In this document: positions 20,195 to 30,157 of the stretch, in pieces | Numbering within the stretch: the first letter of the stretch is position 1 | How the letters are laid out: the number at the start of each line of letters is the position of its first letter | Assembly (NCBI GenBank): GCA_963753975.1 | Contig: CAVWEH010000001.1 | Location: 256,001-320,000 of the forward strand | DNA length: 64,000 nucleotides | Reading direction: 5' to 3' | Source: an uncultured delta proteobacterium | Lineage (GTDB): Bacteria > Desulfobacterota > Syntrophia > Syntrophales > Smithellaceae | Program-made: the position numbers and the translations under genes | The notes under the pieces: generated by a model | Database searches by the model: none | Told to the model about the DNA's origin: nothing | What the model saw: only the letters and a program-made list of their open reading frames with translations

Positions 20195-21375
20195 AAAACC
20201 GGCGCAATATTATCCGATTGATATTGATTATCGCCTTCCTTACCGGGTGCGTAAGGGCTCTGCCCAAAATTCCGGCAAGGCCTCCGGAGAAACCTCTCAC
20301 ACCTTTTATTCTTGTTTCCCCCTCCAATATCGATTTTGCGGATGATCTTGATTCCGCTTCTCTGCAATTAGCGATTGAACGCAGCATCAAATATTATGAA
20401 ACTAACGGGCGGGATAAAGTCTACCGTATCGCGGATAGAGTAATCGATGCGGGCAAACTTAAAGAAACACTTATTGCCTTCGGTGAAGTTCTGCGCCAAG
20501 TGGGCGCCACCGACGATTTAAATAAAATAATCGCCGCCGACTTCGATGTCTATAAGGTGTCCGGCCCCGACCGGGACGGAAGAACGCTTTTCACCGGCTA
20601 TTACGAACCACTCATGGAAGGATCATTAACGAAAAGCGGAAAATACAAATATCCGCTTTATCGAGTGCCGGACGATTTGATTGTAAAACGAGTATCTCCC
20701 AATGAAAATAAGATCGGCCGAAATCAGGGCGGCGAGTTTGTTCCTTATTATAGCCGCAGGGAAATCGATGTCGGCGGAGTCCTGCGGGAAAAAAATCTCG
20801 AGCTTCTCTGGGTTGCCGATCCGGTGGAGTTGTTTTCTCTGCACATACAGGGTTCCGGCAAAATTAAACTGGAAGATGGAACACTTTTAACGGTCGGTTA
20901 CGCGCAGACTAATGACCGGCCTTTTCGTAGTATAACCAAGTTTATGCTGGATCAAGGCAAAATAAAAAGCAGTGAAGCTTCTTACCGTCATCTTTTCTTA
21001 AAAGGAAAGAATGAGCAAGAAATTTATGATATCTTAAGCTATAACGAAAGATACACATTCTTTCGCTTTTTGGATAAAGATCCTCTGGGCTCTTTGAGCG
21101 TGCCGGTAACTGAGGGAAGATCGATTGCCACCGATCCGGACTTCTTTCCGGAAGGCGCTCTGGCTTTTATCCGCCTGAAGAAACCGATTTTAGATGCGGC
21201 TGGTAAAGCCCGGGAGAGAGTCAATTTTTCCCGGTTTGTATTAAACCAGGATAAAGGCTCGGCCATCAAAGGCCCCGGGCGGGTCGATCTCTTCTGCGGG
21301 TTTGGGGCAAAGGCAGAAGCAGAGGCCGGCACCCTCAAAGAAAAGGGTGAACTGTATTTATTGCTGAAAAAATAA
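20191..21375 (+). CDS. mltA: Membrane-bound lytic murein transglycosylase A
   Basis: Lipobox LTGC, FTGYYEP, HIQGSG, RSIATDP, QDKGSAIKGPGRVDLFCG. Confidence 0.9.
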   Translation: MKNRRNIIRLILIIAFLTGCVRALPKIPARPPEKPLTPFILVSPSNIDFADDLDSASLQLAIERSIKYYETNGRDKVYRIADRVIDAGKLKETLIAFGEVLRQVGATDDLNKIIAADFDVYKVSGPDRDGRTLFTGYYEPLMEGSLTKSGKYKYPLYRVPDDLIVKRVSPNENKIGRNQGGEFVPYYSRREIDVGGVLREKNLELLWVADPVELFSLHIQGSGKIKLEDGTLLTVGYAQTNDRPFRSITKFMLDQGKIKSSEASYRHLFLKGKNEQEIYDILSYNERYTFFRFLDKDPLGSLSVPVTEGRSIATDPDFFPEGALAFIRLKKPILDAAGKARERVNFSRFVLNQDKGSAIKGPGRVDLFCGFGAKAEAEAGTLKEKGELYLLLKK

Positions 21376-21472
21376 TATATGGTTCACTCCCCTGGTGGGG
21401 AATGAAGCATATATCTTTGTGCCTAAAAACGAAACTACTTATTTAAGTTAAGTTCCAGTAATTGTCCTGGAT

Positions 21473-21880
21473 CTAATTGTCGCAAACTTTCTTTCGGCGT
21501 GTCGTCCAGATGATGGCGCCAAAAATCAAAATCATTATTATCAGGGAAAGCAAAGTTGCCGTCGCTCCCAGTGGAGTGTCAGATAAGAAACGCCGATAAC
21601 GGGCATTAAACTCCAGCGCGTCAGCCAACGCAAGATTTAATTTTCGGCAATTGTTTGGGCAATAGGGGGACTTACCTCATAGTAAAAGTTAACCAACGCT
21701 TTTCCCACAGCGGAATTCAACAAATGGCGATCCCGGAAATCCCGCAGGATCCGGACATGCTTTTCCAGCGGTGAACCAAGGGCCGCCGTGGCAATAAAAC
21801 GCATATTACCGCTGGTTTTTACAGTTGGAGGAGCCACCGGAGTAGTCGCGGTGGCTTCGCTGGAATAACCGAAGTCTCTC
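21473..21880 (-). pseudogene. Remnant of a CFI-box-CTERM surface protein (C-terminus only; premature stop and frameshift)
   Basis: [38 protein letters not shown]; reading past TAA 21637 gives ILRWLTRWSLMPVIG, then a frameshifted TM segment and RRKK tail. Confidence 0.75.
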
Positions 21881-22228
21881 CGCTATCCCAGTGCGATTAG
21901 AGCCTGCCATACAATTCGCGGCAAATATCAAGCAAAGAAAGATGAACGGCGATAATCGGATGAACATGAGCGTTATATCATTTTTTTGTTAATCCATTAT
22001 ACAAGAATGCCCAAGAAACCTTGTTATCCGCAAGCATTCTACTTCTTTTGTCTATGGCTAACCCACCAGTTTGGAACGAGAAAATTGATAAGATATTCTA
22101 TTTGTTACAGAAAGTATAATTACAGTTATTTTAATGTCAACTTTTTAAATTCTTTAAAACCTCCTTGACAGCTATGGGGAAAGGCTTGGCTTGGACCCGT
22201 CACTGGTTAGATTCTTTCCTTTTGGTCA

Positions 22229-23113
22229 TTATGTGGGTGTCACAGCCCTCCAGGGGACAATCTTGGCGACAATCCAGGTAACTGCGTAAAATATTCCCAG
22301 AAGAACGACATCCGTTGGACCGACAGGCAAATCCAATTTATAGGCAATGCAGAAACCGAGGAAAGCGGCTACACCACCGATCAAAGGGGCTAGCACCGTA
22401 AACTGGTGCATGTTGCGAGCAACCAGGTGCGCCGTTAAAGCGGGAATCAGCAGGAACCCGAACGCAATCAGCGGACCGACGCTGAGCACTGCCATCGAAA
22501 CAGTCAGGCCGATCAGTAAGTAGAGCAGCACGTCCCAGAAAATGATATTCTTGCGCAGTATAATTGCCATTTCGCGGTCGAACGAGACAAGGAGCAAATC
22601 CCTGTGGAATAATACCATCACGGCGATGACCAGCGTAAGCGTAGCTGCCGTCAGTCCCAAATCGAAATTGGAGATGGCGATGACCTCTCCTTTCAGCATA
22701 TCGAGCCAGCCGATTTCACCGTAAGGATTTTTTGACAGCAACAGAATGCTCAGCGCGGCGGCCACGACGTACACGGTACCAAGCCGGCCCTCAGGTTGTC
22801 CACGTCCGCGTCGTTCTAAAAACGCCAGCACCAGGATCGCGGTCAGGGAAAATGTAATTGAGCCGACAAAAGCGAGCATGTGCGCGCTGTGTGAACCATG
22901 TTCGGACAGATGGAATCCGAGCCACAACGGAAGCGAGAGGGCGATAGCAACGCCTGTCGAGGAAATCTGAGGCAGTGCTACTCCCATGAACACCAATCGG
23001 CGCATGACAAGAAACACGCCGACGAGCGGGCAAACGAGACCGACGAGAACGCTGGTGTATATCGAATTGCGCAGGAGAAAATCTGGTGATAGAATCTGAT
23101 AAAATGTTTCCAT
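22229..23113 (-). CDS. Zn/Mn ABC transporter permease (ZnuB family)
   Basis: VGVFLVMRR, SFDREMA, LDLPVGP; multiple TM segments. Confidence 0.88.
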   Translation of the reverse strand: METFYQILSPDFLLRNSIYTSVLVGLVCPLVGVFLVMRRLVFMGVALPQISSTGVAIALSLPLWLGFHLSEHGSHSAHMLAFVGSITFSLTAILVLAFLERRGRGQPEGRLGTVYVVAAALSILLLSKNPYGEIGWLDMLKGEVIAISNFDLGLTAATLTLVIAVMVLFHRDLLLVSFDREMAIILRKNIIFWDVLLYLLIGLTVSMAVLSVGPLIAFGFLLIPALTAHLVARNMHQFTVLAPLIGGVAAFLGFCIAYKLDLPVGPTDVVLLGIFYAVTWIVAKIVPWRAVTPT

Positions 23114-23114
23114 G

Positions 23115-23828
23115 TTAGTCCATCCCCATTTCAAAGATTTTTGCCATCCGTTCGGCAGTTAAGAGTTCGTGCGTTGCGCCGAGGAATATCTTGCCCTCAT
23201 GAAGCCAGATGACGTGCTCAGCATAGTGACGCACCACTGCAAAGTCGTGCGTTATAAGAAGTACCGTGATCTTTTTTTCTTTGTGGATCTGCGAAATAAA
23301 CTCCAGCACCAAATTCGTCGCTTCCCGGTCCACACCCACGGTGGGCTCGTCCAGCACCAGGACATCGGGGCGCGTAGTCAGAGCGCGGGCAATAAGCACA
23401 CGCTGTTTCTGACCGCCGGAGAGTTCGGCAAAGCGCCGCTGGGCAAACTCCTCGGCACCCGCCGCACGCAGGCATTCGCGGGTGAAGGCGCGTTCGCTTA
23501 AAGGGACGATGTGACCCGGCCGGACACGCCCGTATACGCCCATAAGGGCGACGTCGAACCCCGTGAGCAGATAAATCGGGTCGAACTGAAAAGCTTGAGG
23601 GACATAACCGAACTCGAGTGGTGCACTTGTCGATGCGGTATTAATGCGACCAGCAACTGGTGGCAACAGTCCCAGCACCGTCTTGATCAGAGTCGATTTG
23701 CCCGAGCCATTGGCGCCGAGAATAGCAGTGAAACTGGCACGGGCAATAGAAAGCGAAATACCGGATAGCACAGGTTGGTTGTTATAGCCGATAATCAGGT
23801 TGTCTAGTGTGATGAGTGCTTCATTCAT
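23115..23828 (-). CDS. Zn/Mn ABC transporter ATPase
   Basis: GANGSGKST, LSGGQKQR, LDEP, ITHD. Confidence 0.9.
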   Translation of the reverse strand: MNEALITLDNLIIGYNNQPVLSGISLSIARASFTAILGANGSGKSTLIKTVLGLLPPVAGRINTASTSAPLEFGYVPQAFQFDPIYLLTGFDVALMGVYGRVRPGHIVPLSERAFTRECLRAAGAEEFAQRRFAELSGGQKQRVLIARALTTRPDVLVLDEPTVGVDREATNLVLEFISQIHKEKKITVLLITHDFAVVRHYAEHVIWLHEGKIFLGATHELLTAERMAKIFEMGMD

Positions 23829-23882
23829 AATTTGTTGTGTGTCTCCGTCCGGAAAAGGCAAGCGGATACAGCCTCCATATTT

Positions 23883-24815
23883 TTATTTTTTCGTCTGTAC
23901 GGCAGCGACAATTGTTTGAATAATGTAATCCATCATCTTGATATACGTCTCCGTGTGCGGCACGCCGCCCGGCATGATGGGGAGTGTTATCATGGTTGCG
24001 TCAGTCTGTTCGGCGATCTGTTCTGGCACCTTTTCCGGAAACTGCGGTTCACGAACGACGATAGAGACATGCTCAGCCTTCATCGAGGTGATCAATTCCT
24101 GGATGTAGCGCGCTGTCGGGTCGATGCCCGGCTTCATTTCAATCGTGCCGAAGTAGTTTAAACCGAAGCGCGCCGCGAAATAGGGCCAATGCTCGTGATA
24201 GGATACGAACTTTGTCCCTTTGAATGGTTTGAGCGCTTTTTCCCATTCGGCAATCTTGGCATTGAGTATGGCGAGGTAAGCGTTGCGGTTACGAGTGAAT
24301 TCCGCTTTATGCTGCGGCGCAAATTCCACTAAGGCGTTGTAGATGTTAGCGATCGCGGTCTTTGCCAATACCGGATCAAGCATATAATGCGGATTGCCGT
24401 AAGGGTGAACGTCGCCCTCGGAATGATCGGTCGATTTGGGCACGTCGAGCGGAATGATTCCCTGGGAACAGTCAACGTAGCCTGGTTTGTTTACCTGAAT
24501 GCGCGGGTTCTTGCTCGCCTCCAGGAGAGCGGGAAGGAAGGCGTGCTCGCAATCAAATCCCACCAGGATCATCAGGTCTGCCCGGTTCATCATTGGCACG
24601 AAGCTCGGCTTCATCGGCACCCCGTGGGTGTCTTCAACGCCGGTCGCCAGGCTGTGAACATCGACCAGATCGCCGCCGACAGAACGAGCAAAATCCGCCA
24701 GATCGGTCAGCGTTGTAACTACGCGAATCTTCTCAGCGTGAGCGGGCATAGCCCACCCCCACAATACGCCAGTGAGCGCGATGATCAATAATAGACTATA
24801 TGACTTAGATTTCAT
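23883..24815 (-). CDS. Metal ABC transporter substrate-binding protein (ZnuA/TroA family)
   Basis: Signal peptide, DTH, GDVHPYGNPHYMLDP, SYHEHWPYF; start at ATG 24815 after AAGGAGG. Confidence 0.9.
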   Translation of the reverse strand: MKSKSYSLLLIIALTGVLWGWAMPAHAEKIRVVTTLTDLADFARSVGGDLVDVHSLATGVEDTHGVPMKPSFVPMMNRADLMILVGFDCEHAFLPALLEASKNPRIQVNKPGYVDCSQGIIPLDVPKSTDHSEGDVHPYGNPHYMLDPVLAKTAIANIYNALVEFAPQHKAEFTRNRNAYLAILNAKIAEWEKALKPFKGTKFVSYHEHWPYFAARFGLNYFGTIEMKPGIDPTARYIQELITSMKAEHVSIVVREPQFPEKVPEQIAEQTDATMITLPIMPGGVPHTETYIKMMDYIIQTIVAAVQTKK

Positions 24816-24828
24816 GTTGAATTCCTCC

Positions 24829-26271
24829 TTAACGTTGCTGCCAACCATGTGAGTGTGAGCCGATGATCCACGCCCATTGCAGATAAACAGCACTGTCGGC
24901 GGGTCTGCCGGACTCTGCGTTGGGATCGGTGTATGTGTACTGAAGGCGCAATTGATTCCAGTGACTAAATGCCCAGGTAATGTAAGGAGAATAGGCAAAT
25001 GTTTTATCCTGATTATTCACCTCATTCTCTACATATTCCAACAGGAACCCGGCTGACCACTCCCGATCAAACTTGTAAGTGAGATAAGAATACAAGCCAA
25101 GGGCGCCAACGGACTGGCCGGGGAGGGCGTTATCCGATGAATCGGTTACGTCATAGCGGTTATCGCTGTAGAGCACTTCTGTGCCCCAGGTGACGCTCTG
25201 GAACTGATTGTTGCGCAGTGGCTTGTAGCTTAGAACCATGTCTGCTCCCCAAAGGCGGCGCTCGCGTTCAGTGAAGGTGTTGCCAGCTACTATAGGAAAC
25301 GGAGGATTAACACCGCCGGCTGCTGCCCACTGTGCGTCCGTACTTGGATTCCACAGGGCTGAAATGCCCGGTTCGAGTGATATATCGGAAGTCAGGTCGA
25401 AATAAGTGGACAAATGGCCCCAATAATTTAACCCGCTGCCGTTACGGAAATCGCCGACAAAGTTTGGCGGATTGTCGCCACCAAACTGGTTGCCCGCGCC
25501 AACGGTCAGGCTCACGTAGTGCTCGACCGGCAACAGCCAATTAAGCTGCAAGCCGTCTGTCCTCGATTCGCCGCCGATATATTGGGCGAGCGCCAGTGGA
25601 CGGTTAACAAACGGCAGTTCGTGGTCGTGGATATATCCCAGTCGGCCAAACTCGCCGAAAAAACGTCCTGCCTTCAGCTCCAGGTTCCAGGGCAGCGATG
25701 TCGTCTGCAGTGCGGCCTCTTCGACATTCAAAGCCGCTTCGCCGGTAACGGGATCGGCTGATGCGTTGAGCACAACATAGGCCTTCGCAAACGGGTCGAC
25801 CGCTGCCGCTGCATTCAATTCCACCGAACGTTGAAATACATCAAACCCGCCGGGACGATCGCTTCCTGTTTCCGTCGATCCCTTGCTGCGATAACTAAAG
25901 ATTGTCTCGCCCACAAGCCCGATGGATGGGTTGAACTCGCTCGGCAAGACTTTCCTTTGCGCTTCGGCTACTTGATCTACCTTCTCCTTCAGTTCTTTTA
26001 CTTCCTGCTGCATCTCGCCGGATGGTGCCGTCTTTTCGGCAGCGACGCCCTCAGGCTTTGATGAGGGGTGCATTTGTTTGGCCTCATTCTTCTTATTTTG
26101 TTCTTTCAGTTCATTAATCATTATTTGTTGCGCTTTGATCGTTTCTTCCTGTTTTTTTAATGCCTCCTCCAGTGTGCGAATCCTCGATTCAATTTCACCT
26201 TCAGCAAATGCATGGCTTGATAGCGCCGGAAGAAAACAAAGGAAAATAAATATAATTATTCCTTGTTTCAT
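24829..26271 (-). CDS. Putative outer-membrane beta-barrel for metal uptake with N-terminal coiled coil
   Basis: Signal peptide, coiled coil, NPSIG, VDPF, EEA, KAGRFFGEFG..HDH, C-terminal IGSHSH; alternating beta pattern. Confidence 0.7.
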   Translation of the reverse strand: MKQGIIIFIFLCFLPALSSHAFAEGEIESRIRTLEEALKKQEETIKAQQIMINELKEQNKKNEAKQMHPSSKPEGVAAEKTAPSGEMQQEVKELKEKVDQVAEAQRKVLPSEFNPSIGLVGETIFSYRSKGSTETGSDRPGGFDVFQRSVELNAAAAVDPFAKAYVVLNASADPVTGEAALNVEEAALQTTSLPWNLELKAGRFFGEFGRLGYIHDHELPFVNRPLALAQYIGGESRTDGLQLNWLLPVEHYVSLTVGAGNQFGGDNPPNFVGDFRNGSGLNYWGHLSTYFDLTSDISLEPGISALWNPSTDAQWAAAGGVNPPFPIVAGNTFTERERRLWGADMVLSYKPLRNNQFQSVTWGTEVLYSDNRYDVTDSSDNALPGQSVGALGLYSYLTYKFDREWSAGFLLEYVENEVNNQDKTFAYSPYITWAFSHWNQLRLQYTYTDPNAESGRPADSAVYLQWAWIIGSHSHGWQQR

Positions 26272-26343
26272 ACACACATCTCCTTCATCCTCAATACAGG
26301 GGATAATCGTCAGTAATGCGGTTTCTTATTATTATTGATTGAA

Positions 26344-26640
26344 CTACGCAGATACTGAAACTGGAGGTGCCCGGTCAGAATATATGGGAAATTTGGATAT
26401 GGCCTGATGAAATGTTTCTTCGGGCTGGTGAAGATTAGTGCTTGAAGGATAAAAAACAAAGGAATTGTGAATTTCTAAAGTGCCGGAGAAAAATAAAGTT
26501 GCGGCAACACATAATGGACATTCAGAATGTTTGCACCCGTCATCGTGATGATGGAACGTAATTGCCAGGAAGGCAAATAGAAACATAATCGCAAAAAAAA
26601 TAAATATTTTTTTACGATTTACTTGGGAAATAGTCATCAT
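26344..26640 (-). CDS. DUF2946-like His/Cys-rich leader protein ending in a RAPP motif
   Basis: TM/signal segment, FHHHDDGCKHSECPLC, C-terminal SDRAPP; lies directly upstream of the metal receptor gene. Confidence 0.75.
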   Translation of the reverse strand: MMTISQVNRKKIFIFFAIMFLFAFLAITFHHHDDGCKHSECPLCVAATLFFSGTLEIHNSFVFYPSSTNLHQPEETFHQAISKFPIYSDRAPPVSVSA

Positions 26641-26937
26641 TTTTATACGCCGGATAAACAAATTCTTTAGTGCAGGTATATAGGAAATGAATGATCGCTT
26701 GTCAAGAAGAAATGAGACGGAGATTATTTTGGGTGAATAGGCGAAAAAATATTTTCACCACTGCCAGTTGAAGTGTTGCATATTGGCAGGGATCTTGAGA
26801 CTCACGATTTCACGAAGAAGCACTCACCGAAAAACACCTTATCTTTTAAAATCATAGTAAGAATTTATTGTTGATTATTATTCGAAATGATCACAGCTTA
26901 GATGGATTGAGAAGTGATTCAAGATCTCTTCAGGAAG

Positions 26938-27873
26938 CTATCGGGGTCTGGCCGGACGGCCGTAGGTTACTCCCGCAATGGGTTCTTCCAAGATAGCCTG
27001 TTGCAGCTTGTTCAGGGTGTCCTGACACAAAAACATCACCCTGCGCTTCTGATTAAGGGAAATGGACAGTGACTTTACGTTAGTGTTTTCACGCGAAAGC
27101 GCCAGAATCCGGGTTCTGATCTTGCTGAACCGGGCATAGCTTGATACAGCCGTCGCCAGATCAGTATTCTGCTTTAATTTCGGGAGCGCAGTCAGTTCAT
27201 CCAGATTTTTACGAATCTGGTTGTCTTCCTTGGACATCAGGGTTTCCAATTCATCCATCTTCTGATCGCTTTCCTCAGCAATATGCGGTGGGATCAACGT
27301 CTGAAGGCGCAAGCTGCTGATCTCAGCGCCATAAGCAAGGAGTATCACCTGTTTTTCTTCTGGAGATCCGGTATTTGATGCAATCAAGCGCGATAGCGCG
27401 GTATTCATTTCGTTGATTGTAGCTCTGGCCGGCCCAAACGTTAGATTATACGCTTTGATATTGGTGTCCTTGACCGCCAGATCCAGTAAATCGTTATCGA
27501 TGCGCTGGAACTCGGTGAAAAGTTCAGAGAATTGGTTAAATAACTCCTTCTCGCTTTGGGTAGCGCCAGTTTTCAGGAGTTCGCCCAACTCCCGACGTAC
27601 CTGTTCGACTTCCGCCGTAGCCGTTCGGGCTTGGCTCGCAAATGTTTGCGAATCCTGGTCTGTGATGGCAAGGACTGCACTCTTTTCTGCTTCTGACGCC
27701 GAGGCCAGGCCTAATCGTATCCGACTTACTAAGTCAACTCGGCTCGCCTTGAAGGCCAATTGCTCAGCGGGATTCTGATTTTGGTAGAAATGAAACACTA
27801 TCAGGATAAGCAAAAGCAGCATTACTGCTCCAGCAGCCATCCAAACGACGTTCTCTTTGTCGGGTTTGATCAT
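26938..27873 (-). CDS. Membrane-anchored four-helix-bundle (MCP-type sensor domain) protein without signalling domain
   Basis: Single N-terminal TM followed by all-helical sequence (AEKSAVLA motif); no second TM or HAMP. Confidence 0.55.
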   Translation of the reverse strand: MIKPDKENVVWMAAGAVMLLLLILIVFHFYQNQNPAEQLAFKASRVDLVSRIRLGLASASEAEKSAVLAITDQDSQTFASQARTATAEVEQVRRELGELLKTGATQSEKELFNQFSELFTEFQRIDNDLLDLAVKDTNIKAYNLTFGPARATINEMNTALSRLIASNTGSPEEKQVILLAYGAEISSLRLQTLIPPHIAEESDQKMDELETLMSKEDNQIRKNLDELTALPKLKQNTDLATAVSSYARFSKIRTRILALSRENTNVKSLSISLNQKRRVMFLCQDTLNKLQQAILEEPIAGVTYGRPARPR

Positions 27874-28144
27874 CAGAAATTCCTATTGGAAACTAGATTG
27901 ATTGACAAGAACCTTCTTTTTCCGGCGTGAGAATATACTAAGAACGATCTTGCGAGTCAATGGAATTTTGACCAGAAAATATGGGGTGCGGTGTAGTTGT
28001 TTGTCGTCGGACGTGAACCGTGTTTATTACGGATTGAAGTCTTACCTTTTAATTAAGAAGGATAAAAAATGATACAAAAATGTACGGCAAATATCGCTTG
28101 ACAGACATATAAAAAGGGCATAGCTAGCTCGACAATGTTTTAAC

Positions 28145-28270
28145 AATGCCTAAATCCGTCAGCATTGGATGCGGGGGAACCAAGAGTTTCGGGGCGAATT
28201 TCTTAGCGAGTGAAGAAAGGGACACTTCCATGTCCGAGCCCGTCAGCTAACCTCGTCGGCGTATGGGAGG
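28145..28270 (+). promoter_or_regulatory. Cyclic di-AMP (ydaO/yuaA) riboswitch
   Basis: AATCC..GGAT, CGGGGGAACC, GGGGCGAAT, GGACA..TGTCC, GAGCCCGTCAGCTAACCTCGTCGGCGT match the family pattern; pseudoknot CTTCCA/TGGGAG; upstream of K+ uptake genes. Confidence 0.9.
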
Positions 28271-28278
28271 ATAAAAAA

Positions 28279-28392
28279 ATGCCTGTTCTTCTTTCGTCAA
28301 TTCTACGGCGATTGTCTGTTGCTGAAAACCGTAAATCACTGTGGCAGCTTGCATATGGCCATCCTGGGCTTGATCGGCCACGTTGCGTTTAA
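28279..28392 (+). CDS. Putative 37-aa upstream ORF of kdp operon
   Basis: GGAGG 8 nt before ATG; MPVLLSSILRRLSVAENRKSLWQLAYGHPGLDRPRCV. Confidence 0.45.
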   Translation: MPVLLSSILRRLSVAENRKSLWQLAYGHPGLDRPRCV

Positions 28393-28436
28393 TTTTTAGC
28401 CGCGTTTTCCAAGAGGGGAAGACAAAGGAGGTTTAA

Positions 28437-30146
28437 ATGACAACGAACGACTGGTTATGCCTGACGTTATTTCCGTTAATCTTGACGATATTGGCTTTCC
28501 CTTTGGGAGAATATATGGCTCGGGTATTCAGCGGCGAGCGTTCATTTCTCGCGCCCGTTCTCGCTCCTGTGGAAAGACTATTCTATCGGCTGTTCGGCAT
28601 AGATACAAGCGAAGAGATGTCCTGGAAAACCTATGCCGTCTCTCTGGTTCTTTTTAATGTAGTCGGCATAGCAGCATTATTCTTACTACAGCTTATTCAG
28701 GGAATACTTCCGTTTAATCCGCAGAAATTCGGCGCAGTCCGCTGGGATACTGCTCTCAATACCGCTATCTCTTTTGGTACCAACACTAATTGGCAGGCCT
28801 ACAGCGGCGAACAAACCATGAGTTACCTCACCCAGATGTTGGGCCTTACTTTCCAAAACTTTTCTTCCGCCGCCATCGGCATTGTTTCCGTGATGGCCTT
28901 AATCAGGGGATTTATCCGCAAATCAGCAGCAGCTATCGGGAACTTCTGGGTGGATCTCACGCGCTGTGTTTTATATGTATTATTACCGCTGGCCGTTATC
29001 TGGTCTTTTGTTCTGGTCTCTGAAGGCGCCGTTCAAACTTTTAGTCCCTCTATACAGGTGCAGACATTGGAAGGAGCTAAACAAGTAATTGCTGTCGGTC
29101 CTGCAGCTTCGCAGGTAGCAATCAAACAGATCGGCACCAATGGGGGGGGATTCTTTAACGCCAATTCCGCTCATCCCTTCGAAAATCCGACGCCGCTCAC
29201 TGATTTTTTTGAAGTATTGGGACTTCTTTTAATTGCGGCCGCTCTGCCCTTTACTTTTGGAGCAATGTTGAAAAACCGCCGTCAAGGATTGGCGATATTC
29301 GCCGCGATGATGATTCTCTATCTTGCGGGCCTGGGTCTATTTACCTGGGCGGAAATGCGGGGGAATCCCCTGCTGGAAAAAGCAGGGGTAGCAAATGGGA
29401 TAAACATGGAAGGCAAGGAGGTACGATTCGGAGTTGTCAATTCCGTTTTATTTGCCGAGTCGACGACTGTTACTTCCTGCGGGGCCGTAAACACCATGCA
29501 TGATAGTTTAATGCCGCTCGGCGGACTGATTCTCATGTTTAACATAGCCATAGGTGAAGTGATCTTCGGCGGCGTGGGGACCGGCCTTATCGGAATGCTC
29601 GCTTACGCCGTCCTCACGATGTTTCTCGCCGGATTGATGATTGGCCGGACTCCGGAATTTATGGGTAAAAAGCTGGAGCTTTTGGAAATGGTTATGGCAG
29701 TAGTGATTATTATTTCTCCGGCTATTTTACTGCTCATCTTATCGAGCCGCGGCTATCTCTACGTCGGCGGGTATCTTACCAGCCTTGGCAATGCCGGGCC
29801 GCATGGGTTATCCGAAATTATTTACGCTTATGCCTCTACCTCCGGCAATAACGGCTCGGCTTTTGCCGGACTAAATGCCAATACAATTTTCTATAATCTC
29901 ACCACTTCTTTGGCCATGCTGGTCGGCAGGTTTTCCACAATCATACCGGCACTGGCCATAGCCGGAGCTCTGGCCGGCAAAAAAATAGTTCCGGCAAGCG
30001 TGGCAACATTTCCTACTACAAGTCTTCTTTTTATTGTCATGCTGGTTAGTGTAGTCGTTGTTGTCGGAGCGCTGACATTTTTTCCTGTATTTACTTTGGG
30101 GCCGCTTCTGGAACATCTTCTTCTGGCGATCGGCAGAACGTTTTGA
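28437..30146 (+). CDS. kdpA: K+-transporting ATPase subunit A
   Basis: [48 protein letters not shown]. Confidence 0.97.
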   Translation: MTTNDWLCLTLFPLILTILAFPLGEYMARVFSGERSFLAPVLAPVERLFYRLFGIDTSEEMSWKTYAVSLVLFNVVGIAALFLLQLIQGILPFNPQKFGAVRWDTALNTAISFGTNTNWQAYSGEQTMSYLTQMLGLTFQNFSSAAIGIVSVMALIRGFIRKSAAAIGNFWVDLTRCVLYVLLPLAVIWSFVLVSEGAVQTFSPSIQVQTLEGAKQVIAVGPAASQVAIKQIGTNGGGFFNANSAHPFENPTPLTDFFEVLGLLLIAAALPFTFGAMLKNRRQGLAIFAAMMILYLAGLGLFTWAEMRGNPLLEKAGVANGINMEGKEVRFGVVNSVLFAESTTVTSCGAVNTMHDSLMPLGGLILMFNIAIGEVIFGGVGTGLIGMLAYAVLTMFLAGLMIGRTPEFMGKKLELLEMVMAVVIIISPAILLLILSSRGYLYVGGYLTSLGNAGPHGLSEIIYAYASTSGNNGSAFAGLNANTIFYNLTTSLAMLVGRFSTIIPALAIAGALAGKKIVPASVATFPTTSLLFIVMLVSVVVVVGALTFFPVFTLGPLLEHLLLAIGRTF

Positions 30147-30157
30147 GGAGAAGGAAA

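Noticed and set aside
28060..28085. KdpE binding site
   Set aside because: The A-rich tract is only loosely similar, and no kdpE is present in the window.
28279..28392. kdpF
   Set aside because: The peptide lacks the hydrophobic TM and the YL..P..F ending typical of KdpF.
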